64,000 bases of DNA. It comes from Candidatus Omnitrophota bacterium (GTDB lineage Bacteria > Omnitrophota > Gorgyraeia > Gygaellales > Profunditerraquicolaceae). The notes under the pieces were generated by a model. That model searched no databases. It worked only from the letters and a program-made list of their open reading frames with translations, and was not told the origin of the DNA. The stretch lies in NCBI GenBank assembly GCA_026387335.1, contig JAPLLX010000006.1, forward strand, positions 44,949 to 108,948, in the 5' to 3' direction. How positions within the stretch are numbered: the stretch's first letter is position 1; each line of letters begins with the position of its first letter. The position numbers and the translations under genes are program-made. Below, one piece after another: positions 45,472 to 55,152 of the stretch.

Positions 45472-46526
45472 TTATTCTTCTCCGAAACATTGGCGCTCTT
45501 AAAAGTAGCCATCTGGGTCAGGATCTTTATCGCGGCATCAGCTAATCCTATACCCAAAGCCCCGCCTGTGCCTTCGCCAAGCCTTAAATCCAGATCCAAG
45601 AGCGGTTTCAACCCTAAATAATTTAAAATTATCTTATGCCCGCTCTCTACAGAACAATGCGCCGAAATCATATAATCTTTTACCTTGGGCTCTAAGTTAT
45701 AAGCGACCAACGCCGCAGATCCCGAGATAAATCCATCAATAACCACAGGAACTTTTTTAGAAGCGGCAGCCAGGATTATCCCGGCTAATCCGCTTATCTC
45801 AAAACCGCCAACTTTAGCTAAAACATCAATAGGATCAGAAGAATCAGGCTGGTTTAAGGATAACGCTTTCTTAATAATATCTATTTTATTTTTAAGGCCC
45901 TTATCGTCAAGGCCGGCGCCCCGGCCGGTTATTTCTTCAACCGGTTTCTTAGTAAAACAGAAAGTTATAGCGCTGGCAGCGGTGGTATTACCAATGCCCA
46001 TCTCCCCTATCCCTACGATATCAATCCCTTTCCTGTATTCATTCTCAAATATTTCTATACCCGTTTCAATCGCTTTTATTGCCTCTTCTCTGGTCATTGC
46101 CGCGCCCTTAGCCATATTCTTTGTTCCATAATTAATTTTCTTAACCACCAGTCTGGGATCAGGCTCTAAATCGACACAAACACCCATATCCACAACCACT
46201 ACTCTTGCTCCAACGTGAGCGGCTAAAACATTTATTCCCGCGCCGCCCCTTAAAAAATTATAGACCATTTGAGCGGTAACTTCTTTAGGATAGGCGCTTA
46301 CCCCTTCATCAGTAACTCCGTGGTCGCTAGCTAAGGTAAAAATTACTTTATTCTTCAGTTGCGGATTTTCTTTTGCCGTTATACCGCATATTTGCTTAGC
46401 TAATTCCTCTAACCTGCCTAAACTTCCCAAAGGCTTAGTTAAATTATCCAACCTACTTTGAGCCTCCCGCATAATAACGGTATCTAGACCGGAAATATTC
46501 CTGATTACCTCATTTATCTTCTCCAC
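45468..46526 (-). CDS. cobT: Nicotinate-nucleotide--dimethylbenzimidazole phosphoribosyltransferase
   Basis: ...GIGEMGIGNTTAASA... and ...GGFEISGLAG... are CobT motifs. Confidence 0.88.
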   Translation of the reverse strand: MEKINEVIRNISGLDTVIMREAQSRLDNLTKPLGSLGRLEELAKQICGITAKENPQLKNKVIFTLASDHGVTDEGVSAYPKEVTAQMVYNFLRGGAGINVLAAHVGARVVVVDMGVCVDLEPDPRLVVKKINYGTKNMAKGAAMTREEAIKAIETGIEIFENEYRKGIDIVGIGEMGIGNTTAASAITFCFTKKPVEEITGRGAGLDDKGLKNKIDIIKKALSLNQPDSSDPIDVLAKVGGFEISGLAGIILAAASKKVPVVIDGFISGSAALVAYNLEPKVKDYMISAHCSVESGHKIILNYLGLKPLLDLDLRLGEGTGGALGIGLADAAIKILTQMATFKSANVSEKNK

Positions 46527-47051
46527 TTATTTTTCTCCTTTTATTTTCAGCGGTAGGCCCGAAATAGTAAAATAAACTTCCCCGGCTTCTTTGGCTATCG
46601 TTTGATTGACCCTTCCGGCAATATCGCGGAAGGCTCTTCCCAATTTATTATCCGGCACAATCCCTAAACCTACTTCATTAGAAACCAAAATTACCTTGGC
46701 TTTCTTTTTCTTTAAAACAACTACCAAATCTTCAATCTTTTTAAGGATTTGCTCCTGGCTCTTCCCGGACAAAATAAGATTGGAGACCAAAAGAGTCAAA
46801 CAATCAATGATTATGCAGTCGAATGAATCGCCGATTTTTGTCATTAAATCCGCTAATTCTTTCGGCTCTTCAAAAGTTTTCCAGTTCTTCGGCCGGGATG
46901 CCTGATGCTTCAAGATACGTTCTCGCATTTCTTTATCCAAACCCTGGCCAGTAGCAATAAAAGCCACTTTCTTCTTCCCTTTTGCCAAACTTAAAGCCTG
47001 CGCGCTCTTTCCGCTCCTTGCTCCCCCTAAAATTAAAATTATCTTATTCAT
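46527..47051 (-). CDS. cobU: Bifunctional adenosylcobinamide kinase / adenosylcobinamide-phosphate guanylyltransferase
   Basis: ILILGGARSGKSAQA is the P-loop. Size is 174 aa. Confidence 0.88.
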   Translation of the reverse strand: MNKIILILGGARSGKSAQALSLAKGKKKVAFIATGQGLDKEMRERILKHQASRPKNWKTFEEPKELADLMTKIGDSFDCIIIDCLTLLVSNLILSGKSQEQILKKIEDLVVVLKKKKAKVILVSNEVGLGIVPDNKLGRAFRDIAGRVNQTIAKEAGEVYFTISGLPLKIKGEK

Positions 47052-47054
47052 AAC

Positions 47055-47651
47055 TTACTCCAAGTGTTTTGTCTTGTTGAATTGTTTTATCCTGGGTTTC
47101 CCTTTTTTGTATTCAATCACGGTCAGGCTGGTCGCTTTCGGGACATAGCGCCAGAAATTATTTTTTTTCAATATACCGCATACTAATATTCCGATCACCC
47201 CTCCGTGGCAGACTATGGCCAGGTCTTTTCCGCTATTTAACCGGACAATCTTCTCTATGGCTTGATTGACTCTTTTTTTAAACACGCTCATCGGCTCAGC
47301 TTTAGGTATACAATCCTGATAAGGATCGCTCAACCATTTTTTATAAGCTAAAGGGTATTTTTTCATAATCTCTTTATGTTTTAAGCCTTCCAGGACACCG
47401 AAATTAATCTCCCTTAAAGCGCGCACCCGGATAATTTTGCATTCTTTAAAGAGGATCCGGCCAGTCTGGAGCGCACGCGACCTATCGCTAGAATAAATCT
47501 TATCGAACTTAAAGGATTTTAAACTTTTGGCTAAACTCTTAGCCTGCTCCTCTCCTTCTTTACTTAAGCCTACATCCCGAAAGCCGCAATAACGGCCTTT
47601 CTTATTCCATTCAGTCACTCCATGGCGGATCAAAGTAAGCCTGGTCACCAT
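47055..47651 (-). CDS. cobC: Alpha-ribazole phosphatase (histidine phosphatase family)
   Basis: LTLIRHGVTEWN is the RHG motif. Its position in the cob operon supports the call. Confidence 0.8.
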   Translation of the reverse strand: MVTRLTLIRHGVTEWNKKGRYCGFRDVGLSKEGEEQAKSLAKSLKSFKFDKIYSSDRSRALQTGRILFKECKIIRVRALREINFGVLEGLKHKEIMKKYPLAYKKWLSDPYQDCIPKAEPMSVFKKRVNQAIEKIVRLNSGKDLAIVCHGGVIGILVCGILKKNNFWRYVPKATSLTVIEYKKGKPRIKQFNKTKHLE

Positions 47652-48442
47652 TATTTCTCTCCCGGGACCAAAATCACGTTCGGCCTGCCTGTAACAGGAT
47701 TATTATTTACCAGGACAATAGTCTTATATACCGCCTCGATATTCTTATAGGTCAGCACATCTTCAGGGGTTCCTTCTTTGAATATGGAGCCGCTATCCAA
47801 CAAACAGATGCGGTTGCAGTAAGCGCTGGCCAGGTTTAGATCGTGTAAAACCATAACAATAGTCAGGTTACTCTGACGATTGAGTTTATTCAGCAGATCC
47901 ATAATCTGTATCTGATGTCCGATATCAAGATGCGAGGTCGGCTCATCCAGAAATAAAAGCACCGGCTCCTGAGCCAGGGAGCGCGCGATTACTACTCTCT
48001 GGCGCTCTCCCGCGCTTAGTTCATCAATCCTTTTGTCTTTTAAATCCGAAGAATCCGTTAAGGCCAAGGCCCTTTCGGAAATATCGAAATCTTTTTTAGT
48101 TTCAAACTGCAGTCTCTTTAGATGCGGGATCCTTCCCATTAAAACCAGTTCCAGCGCGCTAAAGGAAAAACTGGTAGAGATATCCTGGGCAACAAACGCT
48201 ACGCTCCGGCAGAATTCCTTTAAATCCATATTAAAAATATTTTTACCCTGAAAATAAATACCGCCTTTGCGCGGATATATTACGCGGGAACTTAAGCGTA
48301 AAAGCGTAGTCTTACCGGAGCCATTAGGACCGATAATCCCCATAAAATCACCCGGATTGATCTCCAGAGAAACATTTCTGATAATATCCAATTTAAAATA
48401 CCCGGCGCTCAAATTACTTATTTTAAAAAATGCCTTCATCAA
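47651..48442 (-). CDS. btuD: ABC transporter ATP-binding protein, BtuD/FepC type
   Basis: GPNGSGKTT, LSAGERQRV and LLFLDEPTSHLD motifs. Confidence 0.8.
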   Translation of the reverse strand: MMKAFFKISNLSAGYFKLDIIRNVSLEINPGDFMGIIGPNGSGKTTLLRLSSRVIYPRKGGIYFQGKNIFNMDLKEFCRSVAFVAQDISTSFSFSALELVLMGRIPHLKRLQFETKKDFDISERALALTDSSDLKDKRIDELSAGERQRVVIARSLAQEPVLLFLDEPTSHLDIGHQIQIMDLLNKLNRQSNLTIVMVLHDLNLASAYCNRICLLDSGSIFKEGTPEDVLTYKNIEAVYKTIVLVNNNPVTGRPNVILVPGEK

Positions 48443-49401
48443 ATCCTTTTTCCCCGTTTTAATAAAATAATAAAGGCCGGCGCTCCGATCATCGCGGTAA
48501 TCACTCCGATAGGGATCTCAACCGGAGCGAATAGGGTGCGCGCGAAAACATCACAGACTATCATAAATATGGAAGCCGCCAGGCAAGTAGTTGGGATTAA
48601 CATCCTATGATTCGGCCCTACAATCGACCGCATCATATGCGGCACAATCAAACCTACAAACCCGATTATTCCGCAAATACAAATCAGGCTGGCAGTGATT
48701 AAGGAAGTAGTAACGATTAAAATATTTTTAACCTTATGCATATCTATCCCCAGGTGCACGGCTTCCTCTTCGCCCAGCTGAATCGCATTCAGGTCCTGGG
48801 CAAAAGCATAAATCACGCCTATCCCTGATATTACCGGTATTGAAATTAAAAGGACTAACTTCCAGTCATAAACCTGCAAGGAACCCCACAACCACCAGTT
48901 CATTTCATGCATAGCCTCATCGCCGAAGAGAGAAACCAAAAAGACTATTATTGAAGAGAAAGCTACCGAGATGATTACCCCGGAAAGAATCAGGGATTTA
49001 TCCGCTATTTTTTTTCTTTCGGCAGACAAGGTATAAACTAAAACAATACTTACCAGCGCTCCCAGGAATGCTGCCAGAGGCATATAGATCCTGGAAAGGC
49101 CTAGAATCACCGCTATTACCGCTGCCAGTCCTGCGCCGCTAGAAGTTCCTAAAAGGTAGGGTTCAGCTAACGGGTTTCTTAAAATTGCCTGCAGGGCTAT
49201 ACCGGAAACCGCTAAGCCGCTTCCGACAAGAATAGCCGCCAGTATTCTAAGCAGGCGCAGATTAAGAATAACCGCGTTATCTTTAAATAAAAGATTGACT
49301 AAGGGAATATGCACCGCGCCCTTCACTAACCCCAGGATTACCGCTAGGCAAAGTAGTAAAAATAAGACCAGTAATGTTTTCTTTAAGCGTTTAATTATCA
49401 T
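48439..49401 (-). CDS. btuC: FecCD-family ABC permease (BtuC-like)
   Basis: 320-aa polytopic permease with the FecCD signature. Confidence 0.8.
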   Translation of the reverse strand: MIIKRLKKTLLVLFLLLCLAVILGLVKGAVHIPLVNLLFKDNAVILNLRLLRILAAILVGSGLAVSGIALQAILRNPLAEPYLLGTSSGAGLAAVIAVILGLSRIYMPLAAFLGALVSIVLVYTLSAERKKIADKSLILSGVIISVAFSSIIVFLVSLFGDEAMHEMNWWLWGSLQVYDWKLVLLISIPVISGIGVIYAFAQDLNAIQLGEEEAVHLGIDMHKVKNILIVTTSLITASLICICGIIGFVGLIVPHMMRSIVGPNHRMLIPTTCLAASIFMIVCDVFARTLFAPVEIPIGVITAMIGAPAFIILLKRGKRI

Positions 49402-50225
49402 TGAGAATAAAATCGTTTATAGAGCTCTCTTAATCCTTGCGTAATTCTTGGGCCTGGCCTAAGTAATGTATCCGGATCAATATCATTAAATACCCGCTTA
49501 TTCCTTACTGCTTCAATATTCTTCCAGCCAAAACGCCCCTCTACCAGCTTTAAAGGAGATTCTTTATCCATGTAAGCCATAATAATACAACCGGGATTAA
49601 GGCTGATTACCTTCTCCGCGCTAAAATAACAGTAAGGCCGCGGGACATCATGCGCGACATTGATACCTCCCGCTAAAATAATAAGTTCGTCAATAATTGA
49701 ACCGGCCCCCGCGGTCATCAGCGGCTCATGCCAAATCTCGACAAAAACCTTGACCCTCTTTTCTTGAGGTATAAGCCTCACCTTTACGCTTATCTCCTCA
49801 ATATCATCTTCCATATTCTTAATTAAGGCGAGCGCCTCTTTATCTTTATGGGTAATCGAACCTATATCCTTAATGGATTTAAGCAATTCCTCCATAGTCT
49901 TAGGATAAGCCACATAGAGATTAAATCCTAAACGCCTTAATTCCTCGACGACCGGCGCCTGCTCCAGACCAGTACAGAAAATATAATCCGGCTTCAATGA
50001 TATTATAGTCTCGATGTTGGGATGGCTAAAATCTCCGACCTTAGCCTTATTTTTAGTTAAGAGAGGATAATTACAATATGAACTCACTCCAATAATATTC
50101 TTATCCAGTCCTAAGGCAAAAAGAATCTCGGTTGTTGAAGGCGCCAGAGAAATGTATTTCGCAGCGGCTTCTGCCTTGGCCCAGATTATCGATAGGAATA
50201 TTATGCTGACTATTATTTTCTTCAT
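49398..50225 (-). CDS. btuF: Periplasmic cobalamin-binding protein (class III substrate-binding protein, BtuF-like)
   Basis: MKKIIVSIIFLSIIWAKA is a signal peptide. YISLAPSTTEILFALG... is BtuF-like. The start was moved downstream of the riboswitch terminator. Confidence 0.75.
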   Translation of the reverse strand: MKKIIVSIIFLSIIWAKAEAAAKYISLAPSTTEILFALGLDKNIIGVSSYCNYPLLTKNKAKVGDFSHPNIETIISLKPDYIFCTGLEQAPVVEELRRLGFNLYVAYPKTMEELLKSIKDIGSITHKDKEALALIKNMEDDIEEISVKVRLIPQEKRVKVFVEIWHEPLMTAGAGSIIDELIILAGGINVAHDVPRPYCYFSAEKVISLNPGCIIMAYMDKESPLKLVEGRFGWKNIEAVRNKRVFNDIDPDTLLRPGPRITQGLRELYKRFYSQ

Positions 50226-50242
50226 ACAATACACCCGGTAAC

Positions 50243-50470
50243 AAAAAACCCGATCCGGCATTTCTGCCTGAATCGGGCTGCACCCTAATAATACTATGGC
50301 CCATTCCACGAGGCGAATCTACTGATATAGGCAGGTCTTCTGGCTTGGGGTCGCTCTACTCGCTTTTTAGCCTTCCCATCCAAATCCGGACAGTGGCTTA
50401 ACTCTCTAGCTTTCGTCACCCTTACAGCGGCGGGACCGCATCAGCTTATCACTGATTTCCCTAACCTATA
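50243..50470 (-). ncRNA. Cobalamin (AdoCbl) riboswitch with an intrinsic-terminator expression platform
   Basis: The minus strand reads GGGAAAUCAGUGAUAAGCUGAUGCGGUCCCGCCGCUGUAAGG ... B12 box GCCACUG ... GGGAAGGC ... GCCAGAAGACCUGCC. It ends with the hairpin CCCGAUUCAGGCAGAAAUGCCGGAUCGGG followed by UUUUUUG. Confidence 0.85.
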
Positions 50471-50519
50471 ATTAAATGGCTTTGCCTAAATGAAGGCAAA
50501 CCATGGCCTTGCGGCCAAT

Positions 50520-50557
50520 TATCTTCTCTACTTTAACACTCAGAAAATATTTGTCAA
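50520..50557 (-). promoter_or_regulatory. Candidate sigma70 promoter driving the riboswitch and btuF operon
   Basis: On the minus strand, TTGACA is followed after 16 nt by TAAAGT, about 60 nt upstream of the riboswitch 5' end. Confidence 0.4.
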
Positions 50558-50575
50558 CAAAATTTTAGCCAACTT

Positions 50576-51079
50576 TTAGAATTCAATACCCTTTCGCGCC
50601 CGGAGGCCCTTCTTGAAATAATGTTTTCTCTCTCTTATCTCGCTGACTAAATCCGCTAACTTTATAATATCCGGGTGAGCGTAGCGGCCGGTAAGGATCA
50701 ATTCTGTTTTCTTGGGTAGACTTTTTAGAAGGCTTAAAACATCTTTTAAATCGACGAGTTTAAGTTTTAAAGCAATGTTTATTTCATCAAGCACGATTAA
50801 TGAATAACTTTTGTCTCGAATTGCTTTTTTTGCCGCTACTAATCCGGCTTGCGCCAGCTTAATATCTTCTTCCCGAGGTAAATGCCGAATAAAACATTTT
50901 GACCCAAATTGTTCGACTTTTATATTCTTAAATTTCTTCAGAGAATGCAATTCACAGTAATCTTTGCCTTTTAAGAATTGACAGATATATACCTTATGGC
51001 CTGCGCCGCTTGCCCTTAAAGCCAAACCCAGCGCCGCCGTAGTCTTTCCTTTTCCATTACCGGTATAGACTTGAATCAA
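50576..51079 (-). CDS. cobO: Cob(I)yrinic acid a,c-diamide adenosyltransferase
   Basis: It starts MIQVYTGNGKGKTTAALGLALRASGAG and has the CobA/BtuR P-loop. Confidence 0.85.
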   Translation of the reverse strand: MIQVYTGNGKGKTTAALGLALRASGAGHKVYICQFLKGKDYCELHSLKKFKNIKVEQFGSKCFIRHLPREEDIKLAQAGLVAAKKAIRDKSYSLIVLDEINIALKLKLVDLKDVLSLLKSLPKKTELILTGRYAHPDIIKLADLVSEIRERKHYFKKGLRARKGIEF

Positions 51080-51086
51080 GGTAACC

Positions 51087-51755
51087 TCACTTTGACCCTT
51101 TGATAACCAGCCTCAAGAATCTGAAGGTATCCACAAAGGGATTAATCTGGCTCTTTTCTCCCCTGTAAACAGTCTTCACAGGGACTGATTCAATTTTAAA
51201 ACCTAAACGCGCAGCTTTAATTAAAATCTCGGTTTCTGTCTCAAACTTATTTGTTTTTAGCTCAACCTTCTCAAGAACAGCCCTTTTTATCAACCTGAAC
51301 CCGCATTGCGTATCGGGAATACTCTGTTTGCTTAAAACTGATATTACCAACGACATAAATTTATTCGTGATAACCCGCAACCAGGGCATATCCTTGGTCT
51401 GGCGCATGCGGTTTCCTACAAATACATCGCTCCGGGATTTTAGGGCTTGGTGTATTAAGCAGGATAAATCCTCAGGCAGGTGCTGGCCGTCTCCGTCCAT
51501 AGTTATTACAGCGTCAAAATCATGCGTAAGCGCGTACTTAAAACCTTTTTTTAAACACGCTCCCTTTCCTTCATTAACCGGATTTATTAAAACTACAGCC
51601 CCGGCGCTGGAGGCGATTCTAGCGGTAGAATCTGTTGAGCCGTCATCTACCACTAAAACATCCAGGTTACTCTCCTTAATCTGCTTAACCAGCCTGAATA
51701 TTTCTTTTGCTTCGTTATATGTCGGTATAATAACGCAGGTAATCATTCTTTCCAA
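51087..51755 (-). CDS. Family 2 glycosyltransferase (polyprenyl-phosphate sugar transferase-like)
   Basis: It has the VIIPTYNE start and DDGSTD...DGDGQH GT-A motifs. Confidence 0.75.
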   Translation of the reverse strand: MERMITCVIIPTYNEAKEIFRLVKQIKESNLDVLVVDDGSTDSTARIASSAGAVVLINPVNEGKGACLKKGFKYALTHDFDAVITMDGDGQHLPEDLSCLIHQALKSRSDVFVGNRMRQTKDMPWLRVITNKFMSLVISVLSKQSIPDTQCGFRLIKRAVLEKVELKTNKFETETEILIKAARLGFKIESVPVKTVYRGEKSQINPFVDTFRFLRLVIKGSK

Positions 51756-52600
51756 AATCTTCTAAACATATACCACTGATCGGGATAACGCCTTATATAA
51801 TCTTCAAAGACAGTTTTATACCTTCTAATTATTTCTTTGACGTCCTTTTCTTTATCTGTGCCGGGCTCATATTCAATTGGTTTATCCATTATCAGATCAA
51901 AGCTATCATCGGCATTACGCAGCATAAATGCGGGGACTATCTTAGCCTTGGTCTGTAAAGAAAGAACAGCCGGGCCCAAAGGAAAAATTGTCGGCTTACC
52001 GAAGAAATCCATGACTATCCCCTTACCTACAAAGTCACGGTCACCGACTAAAGCTAATACCTCATTCCTTCTTAAGGCCTTAATACACCCTTTAGCCGCA
52101 TTCCCCAGAGGAAGGACATGCACGCCCTTACTTTGCCTCTGACCGTTAAAAAACGCGTTAACTTTCTTAGATTTATGCGGGAGGGCAACTGTAAGAAAAG
52201 AATACCCCAGCATTGAAACAACTACCGCTCCCAATTCCCAGTTTCCCAAATGCGCGCTAGCCAGTATTACTCCATTGCTCTCTGACAAAGAGCTATCCAC
52301 ATAATGCATATTCTTTACGTGTATATTTTCTTTAATATATTCCATATCCAGCTTATGAAACCGGAAGAAATCAACAAGGTACTTGGCAAAATTATGAAAT
52401 AATTTCTTGCGGATAATAACCAATTCACAGGAAGATTTTTCCGGGAATATTATTTTAAGGTTTTCTAAAACTCTACGGCGGTCAATAAAAGCAAACGCGG
52501 AATATAAATCTCCCGCAAAAATCCCTAGGCGATAAGCTGTCTTTAAAGGTAGACTTAAAGCCAAAAACTGAGCGAACCTATAGAATAAATAGCTAAACAT
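51743..52600 (-). CDS. Lysophospholipid/lipid A acyltransferase (LpxL/HtrB family)
   Basis: It has an N-terminal TM and an acyltransferase HX4D-like region. Size is 285 aa. Confidence 0.6.
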   Translation of the reverse strand: MFSYLFYRFAQFLALSLPLKTAYRLGIFAGDLYSAFAFIDRRRVLENLKIIFPEKSSCELVIIRKKLFHNFAKYLVDFFRFHKLDMEYIKENIHVKNMHYVDSSLSESNGVILASAHLGNWELGAVVVSMLGYSFLTVALPHKSKKVNAFFNGQRQSKGVHVLPLGNAAKGCIKALRRNEVLALVGDRDFVGKGIVMDFFGKPTIFPLGPAVLSLQTKAKIVPAFMLRNADDSFDLIMDKPIEYEPGTDKEKDVKEIIRRYKTVFEDYIRRYPDQWYMFRRFWKE

Positions 52601-53718
52601 TATGGATTCTTAAGCAAAAACCTGGCTATATCCATACTGGAATTAGGCTTGCTTATTTGTTTTGCGCAGGCGCAAAGTTGAGCTAATTTATTGGGGTTCT
52701 TAAGTAGATCTTCGATAACCAGGTTAATCTTAGCCGGGTCCTCTATTTTAAGCGCGGCTCCTTTTTGAATAAGATAAGTGGTATTATTCGCCTCTTGCCC
52801 CGGTAAGGGCTTGATGATGATCATCGGCTTACCCTTGGCCAGGACTTCGGATGTAGTCACTCCTCCGGGTTTGCTTATTACAATATCCGCAATATACATT
52901 AACTCATTAATGTTTTGCGTATAGCCAAAAAGCAATATCTTTTTTCTGTATTTACGTATTTTACGCTTTAAAGAATTGTATAATTTCTTATTAGTCCCGG
53001 TTATGACAATCTCTTGTATTGGGCCATTAACTTTTTCCAGAGACTTTACGATCGTTTTTATAGGGCCTAAGCCTTGTCCGCCTCCCATAATCAATATCGT
53101 CGGAAGATGGGAAGAAAGTCTATGTTTGTGAAAAACGTTATTTCTATCCAGATTTTCGTTAAATTTAGGGTCAAAAGGAATACCCAGTGATTTTACCTTC
53201 TGCGCGCTTACCCCTTTCTTTATCAGACGTAAGCTCACATCATCGGACGGAGTAATATAATAGTCTACTGCGTCATAAACCCAATAGGAATGCGGGATAT
53301 AATCGGTTAAAACCGCGACTAGCGGTAAATTCAATCCGTATTTATTTTTATAATACGCGACCATCCCGCAGGGAAATGCCTGAGTGCAAACGACTATATC
53401 GGGCTTAAGCCTCTCAAAAAGCCGTTTTAGTTTTGGCGAATTATTTTTATGGACGTTTTGCTTGGCCTTCTCCAGGCTTTTAGCGACTTTGGGGTTGTCA
53501 TAAAGATAATCCCAAATCTGAGGGGCGATCTTGATTATCCCCATATAAATACTATTAACTATTTTCTCGGCTAAGGGGTTAGTATAATTGAAAGCATTAA
53601 TATTGGTGATTTCCGCGTTCGGTTCCAATATCTTAATGGCCTTCTCAATAGCCAAAGTCGCATTATGATGACCGGAGACTTCCGAAATGTACATTAAAAC
53701 TATGCGTTTTCGCTGCAT
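52600..53718 (-). CDS. MGDG-synthase/UgtP-like GT28 diacylglycerol glycosyltransferase
   Basis: IVLMYISEVSGHHNATLAI is an MGDG_synth N-terminal motif. The C-terminus is a GT-B domain. Confidence 0.65.
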   Translation of the reverse strand: MQRKRIVLMYISEVSGHHNATLAIEKAIKILEPNAEITNINAFNYTNPLAEKIVNSIYMGIIKIAPQIWDYLYDNPKVAKSLEKAKQNVHKNNSPKLKRLFERLKPDIVVCTQAFPCGMVAYYKNKYGLNLPLVAVLTDYIPHSYWVYDAVDYYITPSDDVSLRLIKKGVSAQKVKSLGIPFDPKFNENLDRNNVFHKHRLSSHLPTILIMGGGQGLGPIKTIVKSLEKVNGPIQEIVITGTNKKLYNSLKRKIRKYRKKILLFGYTQNINELMYIADIVISKPGGVTTSEVLAKGKPMIIIKPLPGQEANNTTYLIQKGAALKIEDPAKINLVIEDLLKNPNKLAQLCACAKQISKPNSSMDIARFLLKNP

Positions 53719-53724
53719 GTATTT

Positions 53725-54891
53725 TTAGAATTTCCCTTCTTCGCACAATTCCAGAAAGGCTTTTGTTACGTAGGGATTAAACTGAAGATTACTTAATTTC
53801 TTAATTTCTTTTACGGCATCATTTTTGTATAAGGCTGCCCGATACGGCCTATCCGAAGTCATGGCGTCAAAAGAATCCGCTACGGATATTATAGACGCGA
53901 TCAAAGGAATCTCATCCCCCTTCAAACCCTCCGGATAGCCTAAACCATCCGGCCTTTCATGATGATATTTTATTCCGGCTAAAGAATGTTCCAGCTCCTT
54001 TATCGGCTTGAGGATGGTTACACCGATTAAAGGATGTTCTTTTATTTTATTTCTTTCGCCGATAGTCAAACTTCCTCTTTTATTCAGTATCTGCTCAGGA
54101 ACGCCGATCTTACCGACATCATGCAGAAGACTGGCTATATGCAGGCTTTCAATGAATTTACTATCCATTGTTTTTTTATTCTTTTGGGCGAGCCTTTTGG
54201 CGATTTCAATGCTTAAATTAGTCACCCTGGTGGTATGGCCATGCGTATAGTTATCCTTTGCCTCTATGGCAGCGACGAGCGCGATAGTAGTCCGCATAAA
54301 AAGCTGGTGTTTCTTATCCAGCTCGGATTTGAGTTCTTTAAAGAGATAGGAATTTCTTATGGCCATGGACATATTGGACGCCAGGGCAACAAAAAAATCT
54401 AACTCTCTTTTGGTAAACCTGCTTCCGTCTTTTTTCTTACCCAAGAGCAGAACACCCAAGAGGTCATCCCGGTAATAACTTGGAACGCAACTGACGGTCT
54501 CTAGTAACTGCATCTGATAAAGCACATCGGTCAAAAGATGCTTCAAACGTTCCTTAGTACTGGCTGCCTTTATGGCGGCCTGCGCGTTTTCCAGGGTTAA
54601 GACATCATTATTAAATAAAAGCCGGTTATTGCGCTCCCTAAAATAGCGGATAAGCGAATCATCTTTATCAAAACAGGCCAAACCTACCGGTATTTTTTTG
54701 GCTAGAGAGCCGCCGGAAACAGTAAGGAGATAGGCCTGGCGTTCCGGCTTATAAAGAAGAATACTGGCGTGCTCAACATTCATTTTATCCACCACCATGC
54801 GCACGATTATTTTGATCAGCAGGTCCGGGTCATGCACGAAAATCATATTCCGCGCGGCAGTCTCTAATTCTTTTTTGAAATCAATGGCCAT
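53725..54891 (-). CDS. GAF + HD-GYP c-di-GMP phosphodiesterase
   Basis: HHERPDGLGYP and HDVGK are present. Confidence 0.75.
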   Translation of the reverse strand: MAIDFKKELETAARNMIFVHDPDLLIKIIVRMVVDKMNVEHASILLYKPERQAYLLTVSGGSLAKKIPVGLACFDKDDSLIRYFRERNNRLLFNNDVLTLENAQAAIKAASTKERLKHLLTDVLYQMQLLETVSCVPSYYRDDLLGVLLLGKKKDGSRFTKRELDFFVALASNMSMAIRNSYLFKELKSELDKKHQLFMRTTIALVAAIEAKDNYTHGHTTRVTNLSIEIAKRLAQKNKKTMDSKFIESLHIASLLHDVGKIGVPEQILNKRGSLTIGERNKIKEHPLIGVTILKPIKELEHSLAGIKYHHERPDGLGYPEGLKGDEIPLIASIISVADSFDAMTSDRPYRAALYKNDAVKEIKKLSNLQFNPYVTKAFLELCEEGKF

Positions 54892-54896
54892 ATTTT

Positions 54897-55133
54897 TTAA
54901 CTTTCTTCAAGCGTACCCAAAGTATCGCCCGGTTTTACTGTCTGGCCTTCGGCAAAGATTATTTCCGTAAGCGTCCCCGAAGATGGGCTGGGCAGGTTAA
55001 AGGTGGCTTTGTCTGTAGTAAGCTCGACCAGATCGTCTTTTTCATTAACCTTCTCGCCGGTTTTAAAATACCAGTAGGAAACAGTTGCCTTTTGAATGCC
55101 TTCGCTTAATTCCGGTAAAATTACTTTAACCAT
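54897..55133 (-). CDS. Stand-alone lipoyl/biotinyl attachment domain protein (78 aa)
   Basis: ELTTDKATFNL is the lipoyl-Lys ETDKA-type motif, and the fold pattern fits. Confidence 0.6.
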   Translation of the reverse strand: MVKVILPELSEGIQKATVSYWYFKTGEKVNEKDDLVELTTDKATFNLPSPSSGTLTEIIFAEGQTVKPGDTLGTLEES

Positions 55134-55152
55134 TTTATATCCTTTATTTCGC

